DNA of 64,000 nucleotides from IMG/VR virus record IMGVR_UViG_3300029305_005870. The stretch is one strand, 5' to 3'. Both the position numbers and the translations under genes were made by a program. Below the pieces are notes generated by a model that was not told where the DNA came from, searched no databases, and was given only the letters and a program-made list of their open reading frames with translations. Shown in pieces: positions 31,812-44,783 of the stretch (position 1 is the first letter of the stretch; each line of letters starts with the position of its first letter). Source of the stretch: a virus. Lineage: Duplodnaviria > Caudoviricetes.

Positions 31812-32786
31812 TTAATTTAATATTTCTTCAGCTTTTTCTTGTCCTGATTGAATTAATTCATTTGTTTCATTTTTAACTAAAGATAAAGCTTTATGTAACA
31901 TTCCTATAGAAATAGTTGCATCATCTACTACAGAATTTAATAATGTTTTTAAATCCTCTTTATTATTAAATTCTGAAACTATTGAATCAAAAGTTGAAAT
32001 TGTAGAATTTATTTCAGATACAAATTCCCAAGCCTTAGTAATTAAATAATTAATAGATTGATCTAAAGCATAATTAATTGAAGCATCTTCCATAACTTCA
32101 GTTTGAATATCAGTTTCTAAATTATTTTCTGGAGTAATGATTTCAGATTGAACTACTTCTTCCTCTTTTAAAGATTCTCCTATATAATGACCAGCATAAT
32201 AAGTATCTCTAATAGTATCTTTTGTTTGTTTGTACATCTTAGTCTCATTTTCTTTTTCTTGATCTGTTATTTCATCATCTTTATCTAATTTCCAAGTACT
32301 AAATAAAGAATAATATTTATCTCTTAAAGAAACATTTTTATTTCTAGTTCTTTTATTTTTATTTAAATCAGTATCTATTACTACATATTCATCTTCATCA
32401 TCTGTCCAACCATATTCATTAATAATATCTGAAATAGCTCTTTCAAAATCTGGATCATTACAAGATAAATTAATTACTGTTTCTTGAGGTAATTCATGAA
32501 TATAATCCATTGCTATAGGAGTTAAGTATCCTTCAAAAGATTTATTATCTTCAATTCACTCAATAAATTCATCGTATGTAATATCAGATGATTTTATATT
32601 ATTTTCTTTACTATATAGATTTAATAAATTTTTTATTGTATGCTTAACATCTCTATACTCAGCTTTTAAAGACATATCTTTAATTAAGTTATTTTGAATA
32701 TCTGCAAATATAGGATATTGTTTTAATCTATTTATTAAATCATCTGAATAACTAAATCTAGCTTCATTTAATTTAATTAATTTCAT
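31812..32786 (-). CDS. Hypothetical virion-internal protein (324 aa)
   Basis: Joins two track ORFs; starts MKLIKLNEA. Confidence 0.75.
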
Positions 32787-32799
32787 TTACATATTCTCC

Positions 32800-33141
32800 T
32801 TATTTTTTAAATCCATTTACAAATTTAATACAATCATCGATATAAGCACCTAATTGATCAATAAAATCATCTACATTAATTCCAGCAGCTTTACAACCTT
32901 CTTTAACACTATCTAAAACTAATTTCTTTTTAGAATCTCCATCAAGTTGACTTTGCTCTACTTCTACCATAGCTGCATCTGCAATTTTCATAATTAATTT
33001 CCAATTTTCTTGTGCTGTATTATTCTTCATTGTTTTAAATAAATTTTTAAATAAAAAGAACGCTGACACACCTGCTCCAAGTAAGCTAAATAAACCTACT
33101 AGTAATGTTACTACTCCATTTGCTGTATTTAACCATTCCAT
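32800..33141 (-). CDS. Holin-like protein (LL-H type)
   Basis: One N-terminal TM, then AMVEVEQ...GDSKKKLV...YIDDCI. Confidence 0.65.
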   Translation of the reverse strand: MEWLNTANGVVTLLVGLFSLLGAGVSAFFLFKNLFKTMKNNTAQENWKLIMKIADAAMVEVEQSQLDGDSKKKLVLDSVKEGCKAAGINVDDFIDQLGAYIDDCIKFVNGFKK

Positions 33142-33143
33142 AT

Positions 33144-33596
33144 TTATCTACCTGCCTTTTTTCTATTATATTCTATTTCAGTTTCTAAATCATTAAATTC
33201 TCTTTTTAAATCATCTATAAAAGAATTACCATTTAAAGCTTTATATGCAGCATACATGTGAGAAAAATTTTCCATATCCCTATCACTTTTATATCCTTTT
33301 TTCTCACAATGTCTATAAACTGCTCATAAATCGTTTCTTAATACTGCTTGATTTGCTTCTTCTAATACAGATGTTTTTTTATCTATATTATTTACAGTAT
33401 TTTTTATAGGTTCAACTAAAGGTTCTACAACATCTTTAACTATTTCCTTTATACTGTTAACATCTTCTTGTTTCTTTTTTTCTTTACTTTTTTTAGTTGA
33501 ATTTTTAATTCTTAAATATAAATCAACTAATAAAGTTCCGAATAAAGTAGGAAGTCCTATAAAAGTTAATCAGAAACTTATATTTTCTCAATTCAT
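33144..33596 (-). CDS. Holin-like membrane protein (Firmicutes-phage YxxLxGN type, 150 aa)
   Basis: AGGAGG RBS; N-terminal TM; QAVLRNDL...KGY...MYAAYKALNGNSFI; TGA at codons 3 and 9; absent from the track. Confidence 0.7.
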
Positions 33597-33681
33597 AGTT
33601 TTAATTTACCTCCTACTCTTTAAATTATTTTTAACTACTTATATCTAATTTAGCTTTTATAAATTAATTAATTTATAATGT

Positions 33682-36036
33682 TTACATATTAACAAGTTTA
33701 TAAATTTTTATATCTGAAAAATAATTTGAGAAATTTAATGATAATTTTTCTGTTTTAACTTCTGTAATATAACCGTCACTATCTGTTACAGTATCTATAC
33801 TATCACCTTCTAAATATAAATAATTAGAACTTGCTTTTACCATAAAATTTGTTATAGAAGAAGGAACATTTAAAGGTACTCAAGCATTACTATAACTTCA
33901 CTCATCTCCTACATTCTTTTGTAACATTGTGGTATAAGAGACTGAGGTATAATTTTTATCTTTTAAACTTATTATATAAACTCCTGGAGTAAACTCGTAT
34001 TGAATATTTTCTCCTATGTTAATTAACCTTGTTGAATATGTTGTATTTGTTAAAGTTCCATAAATATTTTCACCATATATTGAAGTGAAAGGATTAGAAG
34101 AACTTCCTATATTTTTTGGTTTTGAATCAGATATATCACCTTCATAATCTTTACTAGGAATTATATTATTAACTTCTAGTGTAACATCTCTTCTTAATTG
34201 TACTGAGAAATTTGAATATCACCCCCCTTTAGAATCGTCGTTAATATTTATAATTGGAACTAAGTTTCTATCTGTAACATTAATTGATTCTTCATCTAAT
34301 TGGTCGTACCAATTGTTTTCTAATATATTTTCAAGAGTAATATCTACACAATTATATGTGTCTTGGATTCAATAATAATCAAAATAAACTGTTTTTGTTT
34401 CATATTCATTAAGAATTTCAGAGTTTATATTATGTGTATAAGGACTTGTAAAAGCAAATATTGAATTAGGAAATCTATCATAAATAGTTTTAACATAAGA
34501 CTTTTTAGTTCAAATCTTACACCATATATCATCTTCCTTGTAAGCTGAATAATATGTTTCATTATTATAAATGCATTCTTTCTTTTTACTAGATGTACTT
34601 TTATCACCACATCAGCGATAGCCTAAAGGAAGTACTAATTGCTTTTCGAGCTCTTTTAAATTGTATCCTCCAAGATGCATTTTAGGAGAATTTTTATGTC
34701 CTATTTGTATTCCTTCACCTAAATTTTCTAATACAAGATTTTTAGATCTCGATCCTGTATCTCTTGAAACAGTATAGCCTTTATAAAGTAATTTAGTAGA
34801 TCCAATACCAACAGAACCAGATGATCCTATTGAATTTATTCTTAAAGACTCATTAGAAATAGCAGTATTATTAATATATAATGTGTTGCTGTTATTTGAA
34901 AGTAAAACGTTATTTATATATAAATTACTAACATTTATTTGATTAGAATTTATATTCTTTATAAATCCTTCATTAAAATAATTACTTTCATCGCCAAGTG
35001 TTTGATTATAAGTCTCTGGAATTATACTTGCATCAGTATAGATTTCATCACCTAATTTAAAAGATCTAGACGTTTCATCCATTTGATGATATATATATAG
35101 TCCTTCAGTTCCTTCCATTGTAGGATAGTGTGAAAAAACAACTTTATTTGTAGCTGAAGTATTTGAAGTTTTTAATGTTAAAGTTTTAATATTCGCTTTA
35201 CTAAAATCTGCTGTATCACTTTCAAGAAAATTATTTTTAATATTATTTATATAAGCATTATCATAATAATTTTCATTATTACCAATATTTGCAATAGTTG
35301 ATGCAGATGTAGGAATTAAATTATCAACTTCTATTTTTCCTGAATTATTTATTTTTAAATCAGTATTATTTAATGTTAATTTTCCAGTATTTGAATCTGA
35401 ATTTTCATATTTTAAACTTATGTCTTTATTTTCAGTATTAGGAATTTTAACTTCTAAAATATTTGATGTATCTTTATTAATTTTAATATTTGAAGTCTCT
35501 ACTTTAAATAATCTTTCAGTTGATTCTATATTTAAATCTGATTCTGATAATTTAAATTTAACTCTTGAATCTTCAGGAATAATATTATTTTTTAATAAGC
35601 ATAATTTAAAATTAAAATCATCAGGATCCTCAGTTGCTATAATCAGTCCTTTAAATACACCTTCAATATCTAAACTTTCATTATTTTCTAAATTATTAGA
35701 TAATCTTTTAGAATAGATATTCGTTTCTGTAGTATCACTTACATCAATATCTTCTAAAACTATGTACGCATAATAAGTTTTAGTAGAATCTGAGAATAAA
35801 TCACTTAAAATAGATTTATCTAATTTAAAATAATATCCTCCTATAACAAATTCAAAATCTGAACTTGTAGAGTATGTTTTTGTAATTACAAAACTTCCAG
35901 GATAATCAGTATGAGTACATAATATCTGTAAAGGTCTTGTAATATTTGCTTCCGTATATAATCTTGATTCAGGATCCTTAGAAGAATCTCTATATGCAGA
36001 AGGATAAACTTTAATTTTATTTGAATTTATATCCAT
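33682..36036 (-). CDS. Tail fibre / receptor-binding protein (784 aa)
   Basis: Open through 6 TGA; three IxP...(L/I)G....(F/Y)...(Y/F) fibre-type repeats; last gene of the baseplate operon. Confidence 0.7.
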
Positions 36037-36053
36037 AATATCAACTCCTTAAA

Positions 36054-36716
36054 TTATGTATTAGAAACTGTAGAATTTAAAATATTTAATTTTCATTCTA
36101 TGTAAATATTAAAATCTTTATCAGCTGTTTGATCATCTATTCCTGAAATTAAATTTTCAAATTTTTTTCCAGTATCATCTGCTATAAAAACATATGTAGA
36201 AGGATTATGTAAAGTATTTATATTTTCTTTACTATATAAAGCTAGACAGTTTATATTTATTTTATTATTAGTATCCTTTTTTATGTGGGAAAATGGAATT
36301 AAGAATTTATATGTTATAGATGCACTACCAATTTGATCATTATTAGCTGGATCTAATTCAATATCTGGTATAGCATAAAATGTAAATGTTCTTAATCCTA
36401 CTTTATTTGTATCATTAAAGAATGTTTCCATATTAACACAATTAGCACCTTTATTTTCTGATGTTTCTCACTCATCTTTTAAAGGAATAGCTTCTATCTT
36501 AGTATTAAATATCTGCAAGAATTGAGGTCTATAAGAATTAGCAAATTCATAATTTCCATTTAAACACTCTACAAAAAATTGAAATAAAGGATATCTACCT
36601 GAATTTTTAATTTTCTTTGTTTTTATAATTTTATTTCCTTTTTTTATTTGAATATTCAAATCTCCTTTATAAACTAAGCTTTGATTTGAATCTTTTTTTA
36701 CTTTACTCATACTCAT
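36054..36716 (-). CDS. Baseplate/tail-associated hypothetical protein (220 aa)
   Basis: Joins two track ORFs through TGA; position between wedge and fibre genes. Confidence 0.7.
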
Positions 36717-36766
36717 CCTCCTTAGAATAGTTTATAATAAATTTTGCATATAATTTATATTTAATT

Positions 36767-37381
36767 TTACTCTGTTTCAGAATTTTTTTCTTTTAAAACT
36801 AACATAGTACTAAAAGATTTATTTATTTTAGCATTTGCTGCATTATGCGAAATAGTAGCTGAAATATTTGAACTTTCTTCAAAATTTTGAGTAAAAGTTT
36901 CTGAAAATAAACTTTGAGTATATATTCTATATGTAATTCCATTTGGTAAAATATAATTTAGTAAATCTTCTAATAATGTTGTATTTTCAAAAGCACTTGA
37001 TAAATAAATATTTAAACAATACTTATCTAATAGATCAAATTCTATAGCAACATCTTCAGTTATAGAATTTAAATTACATAAAGTATTTACTATCAATCTA
37101 ATAGAGTTAATATTTCCTTTGTTTTTTAAACTTCTATAAAATACTTGACATATTTGATATAATTCATCATCATTATATTCATGTAGTGTTTTAAACCCTA
37201 AAGTTGAACACATTAAATCAACTAATTTTTTATCTGAAGTTTCTGATATAGGATTCTTTGAAATACTTCTAGAATTATTTAAACAATAATTTAAAACTAC
37301 TTCATATATTTTTTCTAACACTTGAAAATCCCTTGAGGTATTTGTATATACCTCAGGGACCATATCTTTAATTTTTATCAT
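36767..37381 (-). CDS. Baseplate wedge protein (P2 gpI / T4 gp7-N-like)
   Basis: VPEVY...SRDFQ, L...LGF, KNKG...SI, YILPNG. Confidence 0.7.
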   Translation of the reverse strand: MIKIKDMVPEVYTNTSRDFQVLEKIYEVVLNYCLNNSRSISKNPISETSDKKLVDLMCSTLGFKTLHEYNDDELYQICQVFYRSLKNKGNINSIRLIVNTLCNLNSITEDVAIEFDLLDKYCLNIYLSSAFENTTLLEDLLNYILPNGITYRIYTQSLFSETFTQNFEESSNISATISHNAANAKINKSFSTMLVLKEKNSETE

Positions 37382-37387
37382 AAACTA

Positions 37388-40300
37388 TTACCTCGTAGCC
37401 ATTGAAGATTTTGCTATTTCTATATTATCAAATGATGTTACATTTAATTCAGCTAAGGTAAACTTATTACAAACATTATTATAATTGAATCAAGTATAAG
37501 GATCATTAAATTTATCTACATCTAATATAATATCATTATTTCCATTAAAGGTGTATAAGAATAATCTATCAGGATCCATTTCTTCAATACTCTCAATTAA
37601 TTTAACTTGAGATTCAACTGGTATTCCTAATAAGTCACATTTAAATCCAAAATCTGTTACTAATACTTGATTTCCCAAGGTTTCTATTCTTTTAACCAAA
37701 TCTACATTTTTTATAATTATTTGACCTGAAGAATCTGTATTTTTATAGATATTTATTTTAGAAGGTCCGTTTGTATATATAATATTTAATCCTTCTTTTA
37801 AATAATATGTACTAGTTTGATTTTCAAAATTTACTTCCAATTTTGCATTACTAGAATTTAAAATTCTAGTTGCAGGTAAAAGAGGCATACCATCATCTAT
37901 ACTTAATACTATATAAGCTCCATTATTATTACTTAATTCAAGACCTGGAGAATAATAAATTGTAAGATATGCATAAGTATCTAATAAACAAGGAATATAA
38001 GTTTCAAGTGAATCTATATTATTAAAAGATAAACTTAATAAATCATTTGAAAATTTAACTTCTGTTTCAGTATTTCCTGTTGAGTCTTGTTTAAAAGTTT
38101 TTATATTAGTAGGATTATATTTATAAATATATAAATCATCTACTCTAGTACCATCAATTTCAACTCGATGAGTACTAACTAATTTACCACCAATAGCTTG
38201 AATTAATTTACTAGATTTTAAAACACATCTGTCACGCTCACTTGCACTAAACTCTTGTAAAGGTTCATTTGTAAAAACTTCTTCTAAAATACTTTCTGCA
38301 TGTTGTAAATCTGATTTTGTAGGATTTTCTATAACTTTATTATCTATTGTTAAAGTTGATGTATATAAATAAAATTTTTCTTGTATTGAATTATTATTAT
38401 AATTTTTTAATTCTTGAGTTAATTCAGGTCCTAAATTTATATTTAATAGAGATCTAATTTCTCAATAAAATAAATTTTCAATAGATCCTACAGGTAATTC
38501 TTTTCCGTTATATTTAAAATAAACTTCTTTATTTTGTTCTGAAGCAATATCTTTAAAATTAGATGAATCAATTTTTATTCAATTATAATCTAAATCTTGA
38601 ACATTTTTTAATTCAAAATTTACTATATCTCCTTCAGTAAGAGTTAATATATTCATTTCTTGAATTTCTAAATAGTTATCATCTGAAAATTGAATTAATT
38701 GCCAGTTAACATCATTAAATGCTCCTATTCCTTTATCTGCAATATCTTCAACATTTATAATTTCAGATAATTTAATTTGAAATTTTTTAACTAAAGAAGA
38801 TGATGTAACATATTTTTCTGTACATTTTAATTTAGTTCCTGACCCAAATGTTACTAAATTTGTTTTAGTATTATTAGTATAGAAGAAATATTCTCCTTCA
38901 TCTAATACATATTCATATGTAGCTATTTTATTTGTTCTGTCATCATTAACTAGGTTTAAAACTAAATTATTGTTATGATTTGTAATTCAATAACAAGATC
39001 TTGGTTGATTTAGTTTTGTTTTTACAAAAGCTCTTAAATCTATTTGTTCAGATGTCCCTAAAGAATATAATCCAAACTCTTTTGCATCAAGAAGATCAGT
39101 ATTATCATCTCCATCATTCTTTTTTACTCATCCAGAATCATATAATTTTTCTCCTGTTTTGGAATAACTTTTATTTAAACTAGCTGAATGATATAAATCA
39201 AAATTTGGTTTTATAATGTTTAAATTAGGAGTTTCATTTCCATCTAAAATTGTTATTCCATTTTCAATTATACTTCCATCACCTAAATATTTAATTCAAT
39301 GTTGAGTATCATCTGAATCTGAATAATTTATATATAATATATCACTTCCTGATAATTTATATTCAGAATCTTTTGGAATATACTTATATGATGCATTAAC
39401 TCCTAAAGTATCTCCTTCTTCTTGAGTATAATATAAATGATTTTCAACAAATTGATCAATCTCTTTATATTTATATAAATCCTCATCAACTAAATATCCT
39501 TTAACTGCACTTCCATCAGGATGTTTAGATCTTCTAAATACAGTTTTTCCTTCAGTTAATTTTTTATTTACCGCAACTGATAAATTTTCTTCTGTTATAG
39601 GAGTTAGATGACATGCTATTGCTTCTCCTATCTGAGCATTAGCTAAATCTAAATGATAATTTACATACACTGGATAACTTTTTATAGTATGTAAACTTGG
39701 AGAAATTAATTGTAACATTTGATTAGGATTTAAAATATAATTTTCATATTTCTTATTCTTTGTAAATTTTAAGCTTGAAGTAATATGAGTTATTGAATTA
39801 GACTTTTTAGTTGCAGCATCTAAACTTGTACCATTACTATACTTTCTTTCTCCTCCAATTAAAGATGTCTCAGTATCAGTTATTTTATCTCCTAAACTAT
39901 ATTTAATTCTGTTATCAAAATTAAATAATGGAATTTTACCTGCTAATATATTTTTAACAAGAAGTTTATTATAAATTTTTCCTTCTGAATCATTATTATA
40001 TTCTTTTGTTTTAGGATCTAGTTTATACTCTGTTCCATCAGGATACATATAATATGTTTCTATTTCAGGTTCATTTAAACTTACCATTTTAATTCTTGAA
40101 TCAGCTTCTTGAATACATTTTAATAAAGAATCATAAGGAATTTCTTCTCCATATTCTAATTTTCTAGCATTAAAATTTTTAAATAAATTTTTATAGATAT
40201 TTGCTTTTATTTGAGAAGCTTCATAAGTAGTAACTTTACTTGTAGTTGTTATTTTAGCACTTAAATTATAATAATTTTTAAGTAAGTAAATATCATTAAA

Positions 40301-41767
40301 TTCAGAGGAATTAACATTGAATTGTCTAATATTATGACTTAATGTTTTATAATCATCTAATTGAGATTTAATATTATAAATATTATCATAATTAGGTTTA
40401 AAACAATTTCTATAAGTTTCTTGGGAAGATGAATTATTTATAGGATTTAAAGGGTAAATAAATAAATCAAAATTTGATACTCTATCTTTATTTATTTTAA
40501 CTACTCCTTTATCTCCATCTATTCTATTAACATTTACCGCTTCTTTAGATACTTGTTTCTCAAAAACAGTTCCATATTCATTTAAAGTAACAATTGTTTG
40601 AGCTGTATTAATATCGTCTCTTATATCAGATACTTGACAATTAGATACTAAATATGTATTATCTCTATCAGATTGAATCATATTATATATTTTATTAGCA
40701 TAATCTCTACAAGTAACTAAAGTATCGAAGGTACCTATAGTTCTTTTAAATCCTTCATATGCTTCATCTAAAGTTTCAGGATTATATCCATTAGTTGTAG
40801 CAGATGCATTTTCAATTACTAAATATTCATTTCCTTCTTCATCTTGTGTTTGAATAGGAGTATCTAATTCACCTTTTGAAGTATCAGAGAAATATACTTG
40901 ACCACTACTAACGATAGATAATGTTTTTGCTGATATATTTCCATCTGCACCTTTTGTTCTAACATATTTAATTTTTATTCCTTTTCCAAAGTATTCACTT
41001 ACATTTTCAGCAAATTGTAAGTAAGGAAGTCTTCTTGATGAATCATATCCAAATTTATAAACTTTTTTATTTATATTTTGTGTATTTAAATTACTAACTT
41101 GTTCCCAAGTATTAGTATTTGTAACTCCACTATCTTGTTTATTTAAATCTGGTTGGTAAACTCAAATACCATTTTCAGCTATTTGAGATTCAGGAAAATA
41201 TAACCTATTTCTAGAATCTAAATTATAAATTGAAATATAATTATCATCATTTATTTTAAAATCTACGATTTCTCCTTCTAAAACATCTACATCTTTAACT
41301 TCATATCTATAAATTAAATTTACATCAGAAGTTGTAATAAAACTTATATCTTTAGAATCATCTGATATAGTTGTAAATCTAGGTATTGTAATAGACTTAG
41401 TAGGACTTGTTTCATACTCTTCGTCAAGTTCTTCTCCTTTTCACATTAAAGATATTGTTGTAAAAGCTGATTTATAATAATGCATATCATATCCCATCAT
41501 ATCACATAATTTTTTCATATTATCTTCTTGTGAAACTGAAGACATAAAACATTCTAAAATATTTTTATCAATATTATAATTAGTTTTATCAGCAATAAAA
41601 GCTAGTAATTTTAATAAAACTACACCTGGATCAGATTCATTTGAAGATGATGGATCTCATCTATTTGTTATTTTTTTAACTAAATCTAAAATTTCAGGGT
41701 ATATTTGATAAAAATCTTTTTTAGTATAACTTTCATTTTGAATTAATAATTCTTTATTTGTAATCAT
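37388..41767 (-). CDS. Large baseplate wedge protein, T4 gp6 / gpJ-like (about 1459 aa)
   Basis: YTKKDF...RW(TGA)DP...ESDPGVVLLKLLAFIADK.NYNID; NGYNPETLDEAY; TLVTCRDY. All fragments are in one frame; parts of the interior were spot-checked rather than read codon by codon. Confidence 0.85.
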
Positions 41768-41781
41768 ACTAATCTCCTTTC

Positions 41782-42159
41782 TTATTCTTGATCATCTTCA
41801 AATAAAACTAAGTTATATGTATCTCATTCATAATTAGCTTTATTAATAGCTTTAAATGAGCAATATAACTTAGCTTTTTCTTTATCTTGAATAATTTTAA
41901 TATCTTTTCTGTTAACTTTTAATTGCGGCATAAATACAGCAAGTTGAGTATAAATTTCATCTATAATTATATCCTTTAAAACATAATTATTTTGTTCAAA
42001 TAAATATCTTTTTAATCTTATTCCAAAAAAAGGATCCCCAAACAATTCTCCTTTTTCTGATTTTAAAACTAATAAAGCATTTTGTTTTGTTGCATCTAAA
42101 TCTGTAACCATACGTGAAGAATTAGAATTGAACATTTTTGGAAATTCAAAACTTTTCAT
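41782..42159 (-). CDS. gp25/GPW-family sheath-initiator baseplate protein
   Basis: LKSEKGELFGDPFFGIRLKRYLFEQN. Confidence 0.88.
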
Positions 42160-42225
42160 AAGACACCTCACTTAGTATAATATTATAAAATTTTAAATTA
42201 TACCTAATTAATTTAGCATAAATAA

Positions 42226-42251
42226 AAAGAGGTTATTTGCCTAACCTCTTT
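42226..42251 (-). terminator. Intrinsic terminator
   Basis: aaagaggtta-tttgcc-taacctcttt. Confidence 0.75.
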
Positions 42252-43251
42252 AATCTTCTGAAATATTATATTTTTTAAATAAATTATTTTTAAATTCATT
42301 AAAAGAAACTTCTTCTAAAGATAGTCTATTTAATTTTTTATAAAATCTATCTCTTAAAACTTCCATCATAATACATTTAGATTGATAAGAACTTACTTCT
42401 AATAAATATTTATATTTTTTATAGTAATCTATAAAAGCTTTTTCTACTTTTATTTTATCTTCAAGATTTTCATCTCAAACTTCTTTTCTTTGAAGCTCTA
42501 AATAAATTTCATATATTTGAACAAAAGCATAATTAGCAGCATCTGATTTTTTATTTCTAAAAAGTAATTGTTTTACTAACTCTTCATTACTTAACATTTT
42601 TTCAGTATAAGTTTGAATAGTTCATAAGTCTGAAGTTCTAGTTATACTTTCTTCTCTAAATTTCCATCAATATGTAATTTCTTCCATATCATATTTTTTA
42701 GGATTATATGATCAAGCTAAACGTACAAAATAAGAATCTTCATATAATTTAAGTTTTGAATTAAATCTAATATTATATTTATTTAAAAATTCAACTTTTC
42801 ATATTTTTCCGTGAATTCAAACATTTTCTTGAAAATAATTTTTATGGTATAAACATTCATTTAAATTATCTTCATTCATAATATCAGTAGTGAACTTAGA
42901 AGTTAATACATCACAATTTTCCTTTTTTAATATTCTTAAAATATCTCATAAAGCATTAAGACGATAAAAAAGATCATCTCCATCACAGAACATTACATAA
43001 GGAGCTTTAACTTTTTCTAATCCTTTATTTCTAGCTCCACTTACTCCTGACCATTCTTCTATATGATATTCAATTTTAAAAGGATAATTAGGAAATAAAG
43101 AAGAATCTAAAATACATTCATCTCCATCATTTATAATTAAGACGCCTATATCATTTCAATCTACATTTTGCTGCATAATTATACTATTTAAAAATCGTAA
43201 TATGCAAGCATCTCCATCTTTATAATTAGTTAATACTATTTGTAAAAACAT
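42250..43251 (-). CDS. GT2-family glycosyltransferase (333 aa)
   Basis: IINDGD, GVSGARNKGL, YVMFCDGDD (DxD), VWIHGK, YEDSYF; many TGA, absent from the track. Confidence 0.88.
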
Positions 43252-43291
43252 TGAGTTCTTATTCCTTTCTTTAGTTTAAATAATTATACAA

Positions 43292-44734
43292 TTATTTATC
43301 TGAGCTTGATCCTCCTGATGAAGATCCTGAATAGTATGAAGAATTATAGAAAGAAGTATCAGTATACCATCCTCCGACATAAGTTCTAATAGTAGGTGAT
43401 ATAGTTGCTTTAGTTACTTTTCCTATAGGCAAATTGCTTTCAGAATGTAAACAAACAGAGAAAGTTAAAATTGCTTCCATCCACTTAGTTTGATCATAAT
43501 GATCAGGATCTAAAAATTGGTTTGGAGATCCTAAACTTAAAGTAAAAGTGAAATATTCACCTGCACCTAGCAATTTATTTTTTACTTCATATCTATCTAA
43601 ATGTTCTCATATATATTGTGTATCATCAGTACGTGATCCATCAGCAGCCAATCTATTATATCTAAAATAATCAGATAAGGTAAACATTCCAGAACAATAA
43701 AAATCTTTATCTTTATTTTTACCTGTATTTTGTACTACTATTGAAACGTAACAATCATCATATGAAAATACTTCGTAATCAACAATACTTACTAATACAT
43801 CAGGAGTCTGTTCTAATGCTATACCTGCAGATCCTAAAGCTGTACATAATAATAACATTGTATGTTGCATACTATTATTTGCTTGTGTTGCACTATTGGC
43901 AGCAGCTGTTGCTTTATTTGCAGCTGAAGCAGCACTATTTGAAGCTGAAGTAGCACTTGCAGCTGCTGCAGATGCTTTATTTGATGCAATTGTAGCATTT
44001 GAAGAAGCTTTCCCAGCTTCACTTGCTGCAGCATTTGCTGTTTCATTAGCTACATCTGCTGTATTTTTTGCTACATTAGCTGTTTCCATTGCAGTATTAG
44101 CAGTATTATTTGCCGCATTTGCTGTATCTGAGGCTGATTGAGCTGTAAATTCTGCTGTTTTAGCAACTTCATTAGCTGTATTAGCTGTTTCTTCAGCTAC
44201 TTTTGCAGTTGATTCTGCAACATTAGCTGTTTCCATTGCTACATTAGATGTTTCATTAGCTACATCTGCCGTATTTTTTGCTACATTAGCTGTATTTGAA
44301 GCTACATCTGCTGTATTTAAAGCTGTATTTGCAGTCGATTCTGCAACATTAGCTATTGTAGCTGCTTGATTAGCAATTATTTTAGCTTCATCAGCTAATA
44401 TTTTTCCTTCAGCAGCTAATAGTTTTCCTTCAGCTGCAGCAGCTTCAGCTACTCTTGCTGTCACTTGAGCAACATTAGCTGTGTTTTGAGCTACGTCAGC
44501 TGTTGCTTGTGCAGTATTTGCAGCACTATGAGCTACATTAGCAGTTGATTGAGCAACATTAGCTGTTTCTTCAGCTACTTTCGCTGTAGCCTGAGCTGTA
44601 TCAGCTGTAGCCTGAGCTGTTTCCGCCGCTTCCTGAGCTGCTCCTGCAGCTGCTTCAGTAGCATTTACAATTATATCTTGAATAGCTTTAAAATCTTTTA
44701 AGTTTTCTAAAGTTACTAACTTAGCATTAGCCAT
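43292..44734 (-). CDS. Ala/Thr-rich heptad-repeat fibre protein with a C-terminal globular domain (480 aa)
   Basis: Long run of A-N-V-A-x-x-T heptads; joins 43292..43573 through TGA. Confidence 0.75.
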
Positions 44735-44783
44735 TTGTATCCTCCTTTAGATTTAAATATATTAATATCATTTAAATTTAGCA

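Noticed and set aside
34222-34227. G6 tract in the fibre gene as a phase-variation switch
   Set aside because: Only 6 nt, in frame (Gly-Gly), with no supporting evidence.
34425-34610. Separate small gene (likewise 43834..44046)
   Set aside because: Alternate-frame ORFs inside longer table-4 fibre genes.
33682-44734. Diversity-generating retroelement or invertible fibre cassette
   Set aside because: No reverse transcriptase, recombinase, or TR/VR repeat pair was seen in the window.
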